64,000 nucleotides of DNA from Peptococcaceae bacterium (GTDB taxonomy: Bacteria > Bacillota > UBA994): NCBI GenBank assembly GCA_018334055.1, contig JAGXSS010000108.1, forward strand, positions 834 to 64,833, in the 5' to 3' direction. The number at the start of each line of letters is the position of its first letter. Position 1 is the stretch's first letter. A program made the position numbers and the translations under genes. Under the pieces are notes generated by a model that saw nothing but the letters and a program-made list of their open reading frames with translations, was not told the DNA's origin and ran no database searches. Below, in pieces: positions 18,027 through 27,684 of the stretch.

Positions 18027-18821
18027 ATGCAGAAATCGGGCCTTGTAACTAACATAGGCATACTTGCCGGTGTGGTGGCCATCATGGCTGCGATTATCAT
18101 GGGCGGAAACCCGACGCAGTTCATTGATATCCCCTCGGTGCTTATCACCATCATCGGCTCGTTTTCTGCGCTCCTCATCAACTATTCTTGGGATGATGTG
18201 GTGACTTCTTTTCATGAGATGAGGCGCCTATTCCGCGAGAAGAGCCCTGACCCCGCAGCCACCATCGAGCAGTTCACTGCTTTGGCCACCCGCGCTAGGC
18301 GGGAGGGCCTGCTCGTACTGGAGGACGAAACCCCTAAGCTTGACCCTTTTTTAGGCAAGGGCTTGCAGATGGTCATTGATGGCATGGATAGCAGTGTGGT
18401 CACCAGTGTGCTCGAGATCGAAATGTCTCAGATGGAAGCGCGCCATGCTACGGCAGCCGGCATGCTCGGTACTTGGGCGAACCTCGCCCCGGGGTTTGGC
18501 ATGATAGGCACCTTGATCGGTCTTATTCAAATGCTCGGCGCGCTCGATGACCCTGATGCCATCGGTCCGGCTATGGCGGTGGCTCTGATCACTACCATGT
18601 ATGGGGCGATTATGGCTAATTTCGTTTTTACGCCATTGTCTGGGAAAGTCACGGTGAAGAGCAAACAAGTGATGCTGTATCGAGAAATGATCTTAGAGGG
18701 GCTGGCCTCACTCCAAGCCGGCGTCAATCCCCGTGTCATTGAGCAGCGGCTGCGCTCCTTCGTGGCCCCAGCCAGTAAGTCCGGAAAAATAAGAGCGCAG
18801 AAGGAGGCCGCCGATGACTAG
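18027..18821 (+). CDS. motA: Stator A subunit (MotA/MotP/PomA family)
   Basis: FIDIPSVLI, ARREGLL.LE, APGFGMIGTLIGLIQML, MAVALITTMYG. Confidence 0.95.
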   Translation: MQKSGLVTNIGILAGVVAIMAAIIMGGNPTQFIDIPSVLITIIGSFSALLINYSWDDVVTSFHEMRRLFREKSPDPAATIEQFTALATRARREGLLVLEDETPKLDPFLGKGLQMVIDGMDSSVVTSVLEIEMSQMEARHATAAGMLGTWANLAPGFGMIGTLIGLIQMLGALDDPDAIGPAMAVALITTMYGAIMANFVFTPLSGKVTVKSKQVMLYREMILEGLASLQAGVNPRVIEQRLRSFVAPASKSGKIRAQKEAADD

Positions 18822-19524
18822 GCGTCGTCGTGCTGAGGCAGTTGCCGCTCCGGCCAGTTGGCTCACCACCTATGCGGACTTGGTGACCTTGCTCCTTTGT
18901 TTCTTTGTGTTGTTGTATAGTTTTTCGACCTTGGATGCCCAAAAATTTCGCCGCTTTGTGCTTTCTTTTCAGGGACAGGGTGTGCTTGATGGCGGCACCG
19001 TGCCCGACACTGAAATTCCTGTGCCAAGGGAAGAGGTAGAGGATGTATCTACCGATGAAACTGGTGCTTTTTGGGCCAGTAGCGGGCAGTTGATGATTCA
19101 TGTGCAGGCCTTTCTTGCCGCCCATGGCATCGAGGCCCAAGTGCAAGTCTATCTTGAGGAACAGGGAGTGCTGCTTGAGCTTAAGGATCATCTTCTTTTT
19201 GATTCCGCCCGTGCCGATTTGCGTCCCGAAGGCATGGGTCTCCTCAATACGCTGAGCACCTTGCTCGGGCAATTTCCGAACGATGTCGGCATTCAGGGAC
19301 ACACCGACAATGTTCCCATCAGAACCGTAGAATTTCCTACTAATTGGGAACTGTCCACCGCTCGGGCAGCCCGAGTGGTGCGCTACTTTACCGAAGTCCG
19401 CGGCCTTGATCCGCGGCGCTTTGCCGCCACCGGACACGGCGAATTTCGGCCGTTAGAAAGCAACGCCACCGCCGAGGGTCGTGCCAAGAACCGGCGCGTA
19501 ATATTTCTATTAAAAGGATTTTAG
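18814..19524 (+). CDS. motB: Stator B subunit (MotB/MotS/PomB family, OmpA-like domain)
   Basis: WLTTYADLVTLLLCFFVLLYSFS, GHTDNVPI, NWELSTARA, NRRV. Confidence 0.95.
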   Translation: MTRRRRAEAVAAPASWLTTYADLVTLLLCFFVLLYSFSTLDAQKFRRFVLSFQGQGVLDGGTVPDTEIPVPREEVEDVSTDETGAFWASSGQLMIHVQAFLAAHGIEAQVQVYLEEQGVLLELKDHLLFDSARADLRPEGMGLLNTLSTLLGQFPNDVGIQGHTDNVPIRTVEFPTNWELSTARAARVVRYFTEVRGLDPRRFAATGHGEFRPLESNATAEGRAKNRRVIFLLKGF

Positions 19525-19534
19525 TGAGGTAAAT

Positions 19535-19951
19535 ATGCTGAAGAAAATTATTATTGGGGTAATAGTTGTCGTTTTGCTGGTGGTAGCGGTCTTATTTGGA
19601 GGTCCCGTCTTTACTATGGTCCGGCAAATGGTCAGCCCTCCGCCCAAATTGGTGGCGAGTCCTTCCTGGGATTTTACCGTCAACTTGGTCGACCCGGGCA
19701 TGCGCCGCGTCTTGCGCATGAGCATGACTTTTAAGTACTATACCAACAACAAGCTGGCCGCAGAATTGAGAGATAAGAACGCGCAAGTCCGTCACACAGT
19801 CATCACGGTTCTACGCTCCCGTAGCGCCATGGACCTACTCGAGGAGGGTAGCAGTGCCAAGTTGCAGGCAGATCTTGTAGCAGAGCTTAATGCTATACTT
19901 GAGCAGGGGGATATCGAGCGCATTTATTTCACAGATTTTGTGATTCAGTAG
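19535..19951 (+). CDS. fliL: Basal-body associated protein FliL
   Basis: N-terminal TM, FTVNL.D, C-terminal IYFTDFVIQ. Confidence 0.93.
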   Translation: MLKKIIIGVIVVVLLVVAVLFGGPVFTMVRQMVSPPPKLVASPSWDFTVNLVDPGMRRVLRMSMTFKYYTNNKLAAELRDKNAQVRHTVITVLRSRSAMDLLEEGSSAKLQADLVAELNAILEQGDIERIYFTDFVIQ

Positions 19952-19961
19952 GGGGATTATC

Positions 19962-20324
19962 TTGCCGGAAGGAAACTGGTTTGATGCGCTGCCGCGCATA
20001 CTCTTTTCAATCGCTGCTGTCTTTGCCCTCTTGTTTTGGTTGCGCTACCTCTTACTGCGAAGTAATGGACAGCGAAGGCCACAGAACAAGTCTTTGCTCC
20101 GTGTGCGTGAGCAACTGCATTTGAGCCCGCGCTCGCGCATTTTGCTCCTTGAGGTAGCTGGAAGGGCTTACCTCGTGGCCATGAGCGACCAGGCAGTCAG
20201 TATGAAGGAAGTTCCGAACTTAACCGCGCTACCAGTGCTCTCTGATGAGGAATCGCCACCCATACCGTTTGCCAAAGAGCTGCATGACATGATGAGGTTT
20301 CTCAGACAGGGGGGCAAGGTATAG
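19962..20324 (+). CDS. fliO: Flagellar biosynthesis protein FliO/FliZ
   Basis: Single TM then L.V.EQL.L.PR..I.L.EV.GR.YLV; directly before fliP. Confidence 0.85.
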   Translation: MPEGNWFDALPRILFSIAAVFALLFWLRYLLLRSNGQRRPQNKSLLRVREQLHLSPRSRILLLEVAGRAYLVAMSDQAVSMKEVPNLTALPVLSDEESPPIPFAKELHDMMRFLRQGGKV

Positions 20325-21001
20325 TGCTGCCGATCCCTCTTTTTGATTTGACTGTGCGCACCCCGGGATCTCCGGTGGAGGTGGTCGAAAGCATCCGTCT
20401 CTTGGTGCTACTCACTGTTCTTAGTCTCGCCCCGGCTATCCTGATGATGGTCACCTCATTTGTGCGCACGGTGATTGTTTTGTCATTTGTACGCACCGCA
20501 GTGGCGGCGCAGAATGTGCCCCCCAATCAGGTCATCATCGGCCTCGCTTTGTTTATTACTCTCTTTACAATGGCGCCAACCTTTACACGGGTGAATGAGG
20601 ATGCTCTGACCCCCTTTTTCGAGGGCAACATAAATCAAGAGGTTGCGCTGGAGCGGGCTTCAGTGCCGCTCAGGGAGTTTATGCTGCGGCACACGCGCGA
20701 GGCTGACCTGGCTCTATTTTTAGCTGTTACTGATAGCCCCCCGCCGGCTACCCCTGCCGATGTCAGCCTCACCGTCCTCATTCCCGCATTTATGATTAGC
20801 GAGCTAAAAACTGCCTTTCAAATGGGCGTTGTCCTTTTCATACCCTTCATGGTCATCGACATGGTGGTGGCCAGTACCCTCCTTTCGATGGGCATGTTCA
20901 TGCTACCTCCGGTGACCATCTCCTTGCCGTTTAAGTTATTGCTTTTTGTTTTGGCGGATGGATGGCATCTCGTTGTGAAGTCGCTAATAGAGAGTTTCTG
21001 A
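20324..21001 (+). CDS. fliP: Export gate protein FliP
   Basis: LTVLSLAPAIL..VTSFVR, PPNQVI, PAF.ISELKTAF, ISLPFKLLLFVLADGW. Confidence 0.98.
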   Translation: MLPIPLFDLTVRTPGSPVEVVESIRLLVLLTVLSLAPAILMMVTSFVRTVIVLSFVRTAVAAQNVPPNQVIIGLALFITLFTMAPTFTRVNEDALTPFFEGNINQEVALERASVPLREFMLRHTREADLALFLAVTDSPPPATPADVSLTVLIPAFMISELKTAFQMGVVLFIPFMVIDMVVASTLLSMGMFMLPPVTISLPFKLLLFVLADGWHLVVKSLIESF

Positions 21002-21014
21002 TAGGAGGGAGCAT

Positions 21015-21284
21015 ATGACCGAGGGTACAGTCTTGCACTTAGCGCGAGAGGCGATTATTTTAGTGCTGCTTCTATCCGGCCCTATGTTGATAGCGAGCCT
21101 GGCGGTGGGTCTATTGGTGTCTATTTTTCAGGCGGCCACGCAAATTCAAGAGCAAACACTCACCTTTGTGCCGAAATTAGTTGCCATGTTGCTCACCATG
21201 CTTTTTCTCGGCAATTGGATGATGAACACCATGCTTTCATATACGATCGACTTATTTTCAACCCTCGGGCAGATGGTGCGATGA
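21015..21284 (+). CDS. fliQ: Export gate protein FliQ
   Basis: VGLLVSIFQAATQIQEQTLTFVPK. Confidence 0.98.
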   Translation: MTEGTVLHLAREAIILVLLLSGPMLIASLAVGLLVSIFQAATQIQEQTLTFVPKLVAMLLTMLFLGNWMMNTMLSYTIDLFSTLGQMVR

Positions 21285-22045
21285 ACGACTCCTTTGCTTT
21301 ATGGTTGACCTTTTTGTTGGTTCTCGGGCGCATCTTTTCGCTCCTGGTGACGGCACCTTTGTTTAGCCGCCGCGACATACCGATGCAGAGCAAGGTCGGA
21401 CTGGGCATGTTCCTCAGCCTTATAATAATGGCTCGAGGTCAGTCTGCTTTCATCGGAGGAACAGCGGAATTCCTACAGGCCTTGGTTGCCGAAGTAATGG
21501 GGGGGCTGGTCATTGGCATCTTGGCCTCATGGCTCTTGGCGAGTTTTAGTATGGGGGGGCAACTGATGGACCAGCAGGCCGGCTTCGGTACCGCCTCCGT
21601 ACTTGACCCCGGCACGGCAACAACGGTTACCTTGCTCGGTAATTTGCTTCTTTTCATTGGGTTATTGCTTTTTTTAGAACTTAATGGCCACCACTTGATA
21701 ATTTTAGGCCTAGTGCGCAGTTTTGCGCTTGTACCGGTTGGGGGTTTGTCCCTGCCTTTAACTGTCACGGAATGGGCGGTTCGGGCACTGCTCTTAGCAA
21801 CAGTCCTGGCACTACGCCTGGCCATGCCGATTTTGGCGGTGATAATTATTACCGATTTGTCCTTGGGAATGATTGGACGGGCCGTGCCCCAACTCAATGT
21901 ACTGATGTTGGGGTTGCCTCTTAAAGCTGGCATTGCTTTGTTGATCTTAGGTGTCCTTTCGCCACTCTTCCTTGATGTGGGGCACAGCCTTGTGTCGCAT
22001 ATTGAGGCTCTTGTGGGTGCGGCTTTGGAGGGTCTAAGGCCATGA
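21281..22045 (+). CDS. fliR: Export gate protein FliR
   Basis: R......APLF, GQLMDQQAGF, NGHH, RAVPQLNV..LG.PLK; ATGA overlap with fliQ. Confidence 0.95.
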   Translation: MNDSFALWLTFLLVLGRIFSLLVTAPLFSRRDIPMQSKVGLGMFLSLIIMARGQSAFIGGTAEFLQALVAEVMGGLVIGILASWLLASFSMGGQLMDQQAGFGTASVLDPGTATTVTLLGNLLLFIGLLLFLELNGHHLIILGLVRSFALVPVGGLSLPLTVTEWAVRALLLATVLALRLAMPILAVIIITDLSLGMIGRAVPQLNVLMLGLPLKAGIALLILGVLSPLFLDVGHSLVSHIEALVGAALEGLRP

Positions 22046-23106
22046 GTCAGCAGGGAGCCGAAGAGCGCTCTGAACAAGCGACGCCCAAGCGCTTAAGCGA
22101 GGCGCGCGATAAAGGTCAGGTTGCCAAGAGTATGGACCTCATCAGTGCCGTGGGTTTTTTTGGCGTCATGGTGGCTTTCGCCACCACCGCCGGGAGATTT
22201 ATCACTTATGCCCTGACCTACCTGATACGCTCTTTATCTACTTTTGCGCAGCACACTGCGCGAGATGCAGGATTTGGTCATCTGTTTGGCGAAGCAGTAG
22301 CGAGTTACATCTTCATGGTTTGGCCGGCGCTGCTTGGAGCACTGGTCATCGGCGTTGTGGCTAATGTTCTGCAATCAGGCTTCATTTGGAGCCTAGACCC
22401 GATTAAGCCTGAACTAAATCGTCTCAATCCCATCGATGGTCTAGGGCGCATGTTTTCTACTAGGGCACTTTTTGACCTGCTGAAGGCGATGCTGAAGATG
22501 GCCCTCGTGGGCTATGCGGTTTTTTCTGGGGTGCAAGCGGAGTTAGGACGATTATTGCAGTCTGGGTTTGCCGAAGGGATGTCTTCTCTTGTTTTAGTGG
22601 GAAGGGTGCTCTGGGTGCTGGCTCTTAGGGTCAGCTTAGTTTACGTACTTATTGGCATCGTGGACTTCTTGTACCAACGCTATGAGCACAAAAAAAATCT
22701 AATGATGAGCAGGCAAGAGGTCAAGGAAGAGCACAAACAAATGGAAGGCGATCCGCAAATTAGAGCAAAACAGCGCGAGCGAGCCCGCCTTCTCGCTACT
22801 CGCCGCATGTTTAGCGCCATACCAGAGGCTACGGTGGTCATTACCAATCCCACGCATTACGCCATCGCGCTCAAGTATGAAGAAAACAGCGGCGGTGCTC
22901 CGACCGTGGTCGCTAAGGGTAGCGACTATTTGGCGCAAAGAATTATCGCCAAAGCTAAAGAAGCAGGCGTTCCCATTGTGCAACAACCGGAAGTGGCGCG
23001 GGCGCTGTACCGCCAAGTTGAACTTGGCCGTGAAATTCCGTTAGAACTGTATCGCTTGGTGGCGGAAGTGCTCGCCGTGGTACTTAGCCGAGGAGGTGGA
23101 TTGTGA
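22042..23106 (+). CDS. flhB: Export switch protein FlhB
   Basis: ATPKRLSEARDKGQVAKS, EGDPQI, autocleavage motif NPTH, VVAKG. Confidence 0.98.
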   Translation: MSQQGAEERSEQATPKRLSEARDKGQVAKSMDLISAVGFFGVMVAFATTAGRFITYALTYLIRSLSTFAQHTARDAGFGHLFGEAVASYIFMVWPALLGALVIGVVANVLQSGFIWSLDPIKPELNRLNPIDGLGRMFSTRALFDLLKAMLKMALVGYAVFSGVQAELGRLLQSGFAEGMSSLVLVGRVLWVLALRVSLVYVLIGIVDFLYQRYEHKKNLMMSRQEVKEEHKQMEGDPQIRAKQRERARLLATRRMFSAIPEATVVITNPTHYAIALKYEENSGGAPTVVAKGSDYLAQRIIAKAKEAGVPIVQQPEVARALYRQVELGREIPLELYRLVAEVLAVVLSRGGGL

Positions 23107-25148
23107 TGCTGCAGGCCGTGCTAAAAAACACCGACATCTTAGTAGCTTCACTGGTCATCGGCATTGTCATGATTATTATCATCCCCCTGGCACCCTGGGC
23201 CCTAGACTTACTGCTCATCATCAATATCGCTATCAGCCTTATTGTCTTCCTGACCACATTTTTTACTACCAACATTCTCCAATTGAGTGTTTTCCCCACA
23301 TTGCTCCTCGTTACTACCTTGCTCCGCTTGTCGCTTAATATTTCATCTACCCGCCTGATATTATCCGCTGGGCAGGCTGGTGAGGTCATAAGCGCTTTTG
23401 GCTCCTTTGTCATTGGCGGCAACTATGTGGTCGGCTTGGTAATATTCATTATCATTACGGTCATTCAGTTTGTGGTCATTACCAATGGTGCGGGGCGTGT
23501 GGCTGAGGTCGCGGCCCGCTTTACGCTCGATGCCATGCCCGGCAAGCAGATGGCGGTGGATGCCGATCTCAATGCCGGTCTTATTAATGACGTGCAGGCA
23601 CGGACTAGGCGACGAGATTTGCAACGGGAATCTGACTTCTACGGAGCTATGGATGGTGCGAGTAAGTTTGTCAAGGGGGATGCTATTGCCGGCATCGTGA
23701 TTACCCTCATCAATATTTTCGGTGGCTTGATTATTGGCATGCTCCAACTTGGTATGTCGATGCAAGAAGCCGCAACGGTGTATGTCATGTTGACGGTGGG
23801 AGACGGCTTGGTCAGCCAGCTACCCGCCCTGCTGATTTCGTCGGCGACGGGCATTTTAGTGACCCGCGCCAACACTGACCATAGTTTTGGCACCGAGCTG
23901 ACTGCGCAACTCTTTTCCATGCCGCGGGTCTTGGGGATGGTAGCGATCCTCCTTGCGGCCATTGGGCTGGTCCCTCAATTGCCGGCGATGCCTTTTCTCG
24001 CCGTCGCCGGGGCTCTCGGCTATGCGGCCTATGTCTTATACCAAGAAAGAAAAGAGAAGGAGTTGGCCGTAAGTGCCGCAGTTTCTCAAGCTGCACCCAA
24101 GGCAAGCGAACCCGAGAACGTATTGAATTACGTCTCGAATGAGCAACTTGAGGTGGAGATTGGCTTCGGTTTGGTGAAACTCACGGACGGCAGCAAGGGC
24201 GGGGATTTGCTGGAAAGATTAGCTGCCCTACGACGTCGCATCATGGCGGAACAAGGGCTTTTCATCAGGCCGGTGCGAATTAGGGATAATTTACAGCTTA
24301 AGCCGAACCAATACGTATTTCGAGTGAGAGGAAATCAGGTGGCTGAAGGCGAACTTCTCCCTAACCAGTACTTGGCGATGGACTATGCCGGCGGCAAGGT
24401 GGACCTGCCCGGGACAGATACTCTTGAGCCTACTTTTGGCCTCTCCGCACGCTGGATTCAAGGCAATGACAGAGAGAGAGCCGAAATTTTGGGTTATACC
24501 GTGGTCGATTGCGCTACGGTCTTAATCACGCACTTAGGCGAAATTGTCCGTCGTCATGCCCATGAACTTCTCGGCCGACAGGAAGTCAAAGAGCTCATAG
24601 ATAAGGTTAAGGAACAGCACCCGGCAGTCATTGAAGAGCTCTCCGCAGAGCATGTTTCGATTGGGGAACTCCAGAAAGTATTGCAAGGCCTGTTGCAGGA
24701 GGGAGTGCCTGTCCGGGATCTAGTGACCATCCTCGAGGCTGTAGCTGATAACATCAGGGCATCAAGGGATAGCGATTTTCTTCTGGAGAAGGCTCGTCAA
24801 GCCCTCAGCAGGACTATTAGTCAAGGCATTGCGGAGCAGGGGACAATATTCGCGGTGACATTGCATCCGCGGACTGAACAGAACATGCTAGAGTCTGTCA
24901 CCAATAGCGGCAACGGACATATACTGCTCGAACCGGCTAAACTGCACCTGTTTTTTGACCGCCTCGGCAAGCAGGGAGAAAGACTGCAGAATCAAGGCCG
25001 TCAACCGGTGGTGCTGTGCCCTTCGCGTTTGCGTCTGCCGCTCCGTCGCCTCACCATGCGGCACTTCCCACAGTATGTCTTTATCTCCCCAAGCGAGGTC
25101 GCAGCAGGAACTAGCATAGAAACTTTGGGTGTGGTAGGTGCAGAATGA
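23103..25148 (+). CDS. flhA: Export apparatus protein FlhA
   Basis: FPTLLL.TTL.RLSLN, RVAEVAARFTLDAMPGKQMA, FYGAMDGASKFVKGDA. Confidence 0.98.
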   Translation: MMLQAVLKNTDILVASLVIGIVMIIIIPLAPWALDLLLIINIAISLIVFLTTFFTTNILQLSVFPTLLLVTTLLRLSLNISSTRLILSAGQAGEVISAFGSFVIGGNYVVGLVIFIIITVIQFVVITNGAGRVAEVAARFTLDAMPGKQMAVDADLNAGLINDVQARTRRRDLQRESDFYGAMDGASKFVKGDAIAGIVITLINIFGGLIIGMLQLGMSMQEAATVYVMLTVGDGLVSQLPALLISSATGILVTRANTDHSFGTELTAQLFSMPRVLGMVAILLAAIGLVPQLPAMPFLAVAGALGYAAYVLYQERKEKELAVSAAVSQAAPKASEPENVLNYVSNEQLEVEIGFGLVKLTDGSKGGDLLERLAALRRRIMAEQGLFIRPVRIRDNLQLKPNQYVFRVRGNQVAEGELLPNQYLAMDYAGGKVDLPGTDTLEPTFGLSARWIQGNDRERAEILGYTVVDCATVLITHLGEIVRRHAHELLGRQEVKELIDKVKEQHPAVIEELSAEHVSIGELQKVLQGLLQEGVPVRDLVTILEAVADNIRASRDSDFLLEKARQALSRTISQGIAEQGTIFAVTLHPRTEQNMLESVTNSGNGHILLEPAKLHLFFDRLGKQGERLQNQGRQPVVLCPSRLRLPLRRLTMRHFPQYVFISPSEVAAGTSIETLGVVGAE

Positions 25149-26182
25149 GAATCAAGAAGGTTGTGGCCAAGGACATGCAGATCGCACTGCATCTCTTGCG
25201 CAAAGAGTTGGGCCCCGATGCGGTGATTGTAAGCTCGCGGCCCATCCGGGAACCAGGCTTTTTCGGCTTGTTCAAGCAACCGCGAGTTGAAGTGACCGCG
25301 GCCGCAGAGCGCCTTCCCGAAAAAGAAATATCAGATGAGTTCCTGAAGAGCGAGCTATTAGAAATTAGGGCACTGCTTAACCAAATCAGTGCCACGGAGC
25401 TGAAGAGTTCTCTCAAAGGCGGGCTTACTGCCAAGTGGGCGGAGCGTTTTCGCATGGCCGAACTTAGTCCGGATATAGTCTCGAGGTTGAGTGAGCACCT
25501 CGGGCCCGGCTCGGGTGGTAAAAATGATGAAGAAACTAGGGTTCTAGAACATATAGCCAAGTATTTTGCGTTGCCTAAGCCTAAGGGTCGAGGCAAGCGC
25601 GTCTCAGTCTTTGTGGGCCCTACGGGTGTCGGCAAGACCACCACCATCGCCAAGTTAGCGGCGCGCCGTGCCCTACTGGACAAAAAACGCGTGGCGCTTA
25701 TCACCATCGATACATTTCGCATCGGAGCGGTGGAACAATTAAAAATCTACGGCGATATCATTGGCGTACCGGTAGAGGTAGTGACCTCGCCAAATGAATT
25801 TCGGGCCGCTTTGCAGCGACACAAAAATCGGGATGAGGTATTTGTAGACACCACCGGGCGGTCGGCCAAGAAACTGGTTCAGGTGGCAGAGCTTAAGGCC
25901 TATTTTGAGGGTATGCCGGAACTGGACATGTACTTGGTGGTGAGTGCCACGACCAAGAGCCGTGACCTCCTGGCGATATATCGCGCTTTTTGTGACCTTG
26001 GACTGTATGCGGCGATTATCACCAAGTGTGATGAGACCGAGAATCTCGGTGGGGTGGTTGATCTCTGTGCTCGCACCTCCATTCCGCTCGCATACCTTGC
26101 CAACGGACAGAATGTGCCGGAGGATATCCTCGTCGTCGAGCCAAGGGAACTGGCGAAATTGGTGTTAGGGGTGAGAGAATAG
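25145..26182 (+). CDS. flhF: SRP-family GTPase FlhF
   Basis: ELGPDAVI, GPTGVGKTTTIAKLA, DTFRIGAVEQL, GQNVPED. Confidence 0.96.
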   Translation: MRIKKVVAKDMQIALHLLRKELGPDAVIVSSRPIREPGFFGLFKQPRVEVTAAAERLPEKEISDEFLKSELLEIRALLNQISATELKSSLKGGLTAKWAERFRMAELSPDIVSRLSEHLGPGSGGKNDEETRVLEHIAKYFALPKPKGRGKRVSVFVGPTGVGKTTTIAKLAARRALLDKKRVALITIDTFRIGAVEQLKIYGDIIGVPVEVVTSPNEFRAALQRHKNRDEVFVDTTGRSAKKLVQVAELKAYFEGMPELDMYLVVSATTKSRDLLAIYRAFCDLGLYAAIITKCDETENLGGVVDLCARTSIPLAYLANGQNVPEDILVVEPRELAKLVLGVRE

Positions 26183-27039
26183 TGGGGGATCAAGCCCAGC
26201 TTCTACGCAGGTTGGTGGACAAAGACAGAGGAGCGCGTCGCGCCAAAGTTATTACCGTGGCTAGCGGTAAAGGCGGAGTAGGAAAGACCAATATTGTGGT
26301 CAACCTCGGTATCGTGCTGGCTGGCCTTGGCCAGGTGACAACCATCGTGGACGCCGATTTGGGGTTAGCCAATGTTGATGTCGTGCTCGGACAGTACTTT
26401 CGGTACGATCTTGAGCATGTCTTCAAGGGCGAAAAGACTCTTGAAGAGGTTATTGGGCTCGGCCCGCATGGACTGCGCATTGTTCCCTCTGCCTCGGGAG
26501 TGCCTCAGATGGCCAACATGGAGAACAAGCAGCGCAACCTGCTCATTGCGGAACTAGCCAAGTTAGAACATACCACGGACTTTCTCCTGATCGATACCGG
26601 TGCGGGCATTTCGCGCAATGTCGTATCGTTTGCCAATTTGGCCGACGAAGTAATTATTGTTGTCACCCCGGAGCCTACTTCGCTCGCCGATGCCTATGGG
26701 CTAGTCAAGATCTTGGTCAAAGGGAAGGCGGTGCGTAAAATTGCGCTCATCGTCAACCGAGCCCAGGGCATTCAGGAGGGGAAGCTTACCGGGGAACGAT
26801 TCCTTGCGTTGACGGAGCGTTTTTTGAATTTCAAGATGCGCTTTCTCGGATATATTCTCGACGACGCCGTGGTCGGTCAGGCGGTCCGCAAACAGCAACC
26901 TTTTGTGCAAAGCTACCCAGAATCTTGGCCCAGCCGTCAGCTCGAGAGGATTGCCAAGGAAATGCTTGGGCAGTCCGCTGAAGCCTTGCCGGAGCGAGGG
27001 CTACTGAGCGGGTTGTTGAGATTGTTTGGAGGCCGCTAG
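26182..27039 (+). CDS. flhG: MinD-like ATPase FlhG
   Basis: DQAQLLR, SGKGGVGKT, DADLGLAN, DTGAG, TPEPTS..DAY. Confidence 0.95.
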   Translation: MGDQAQLLRRLVDKDRGARRAKVITVASGKGGVGKTNIVVNLGIVLAGLGQVTTIVDADLGLANVDVVLGQYFRYDLEHVFKGEKTLEEVIGLGPHGLRIVPSASGVPQMANMENKQRNLLIAELAKLEHTTDFLLIDTGAGISRNVVSFANLADEVIIVVTPEPTSLADAYGLVKILVKGKAVRKIALIVNRAQGIQEGKLTGERFLALTERFLNFKMRFLGYILDDAVVGQAVRKQQPFVQSYPESWPSRQLERIAKEMLGQSAEALPERGLLSGLLRLFGGR

Positions 27040-27684
27040 ATGATAAAACCAGAGCTCTATATTGGTTTAAGATTAGAGATGACACGTGGGGACGACCTTA
27101 GCATCTACGTCACGCGCGTGGAGGACCTGTCTCGTCTGGAGTTTGCGGTGGGTGTGCCCTTTGGTGACCATGCCGTGGAGGTGTTCCACCCGGGAGACGA
27201 AGTGTTCTGTTCTTTTGGTGATAAGAATGCCCATGCCCTATGGGGTTTCGCTACGCGGGTCCTTCGCCGTGAAGTACAGGGGATACCACTTTATTATCTC
27301 TCTTTGCCGACGAACTTCAAGCGGGTCCAGCGTCGCAATTTTTTTAGGCTGCGGACTCTCGCCCAAGCTAAATTTCGCGTGATGGGCGATCTCCCATGGC
27401 ACTCAGCCTATGTCCTCGACATCAGTGCCGGTGGGGCGCGCCTCTCCCATCGTGATCCTTTGGCCTACCTCGATATGGTGGAGATCACTTTTGCTCTGCC
27501 CAAGACGGAACTTCATTTTATCCTGCAGGGACGAGTAGTACGGGTGGAGCGCGTTGATTCTCAGGGAGTTCATCTATTTCATAGCGGCATCGAGTTTATT
27601 AATTTGCCTATAGGCACCCAAGATCGTTTGGTGGGTTACGTCTTTGCGCGAGTTTCGGAAACAAAACGCACCAGAGGGGAATGA
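27040..27684 (+). CDS. PilZ-domain c-di-GMP flagellar brake/clutch (YcgR/MotI family)
   Basis: Intact QRRNFFR (RxxxR) and DISAGG (DxSxxG) motifs with a YcgR-like N-domain; after flhG. Confidence 0.9.
   Translation: MIKPELYIGLRLEMTRGDDLSIYVTRVEDLSRLEFAVGVPFGDHAVEVFHPGDEVFCSFGDKNAHALWGFATRVLRREVQGIPLYYLSLPTNFKRVQRRNFFRLRTLAQAKFRVMGDLPWHSAYVLDISAGGARLSHRDPLAYLDMVEITFALPKTELHFILQGRVVRVERVDSQGVHLFHSGIEFINLPIGTQDRLVGYVFARVSETKRTRGE

Noticed and set aside
18736-19437. 233-aa minus-strand ORF opposite motB
   Set aside because: Shadow ORF fully antisense to a conserved gene, with no recognisable motif
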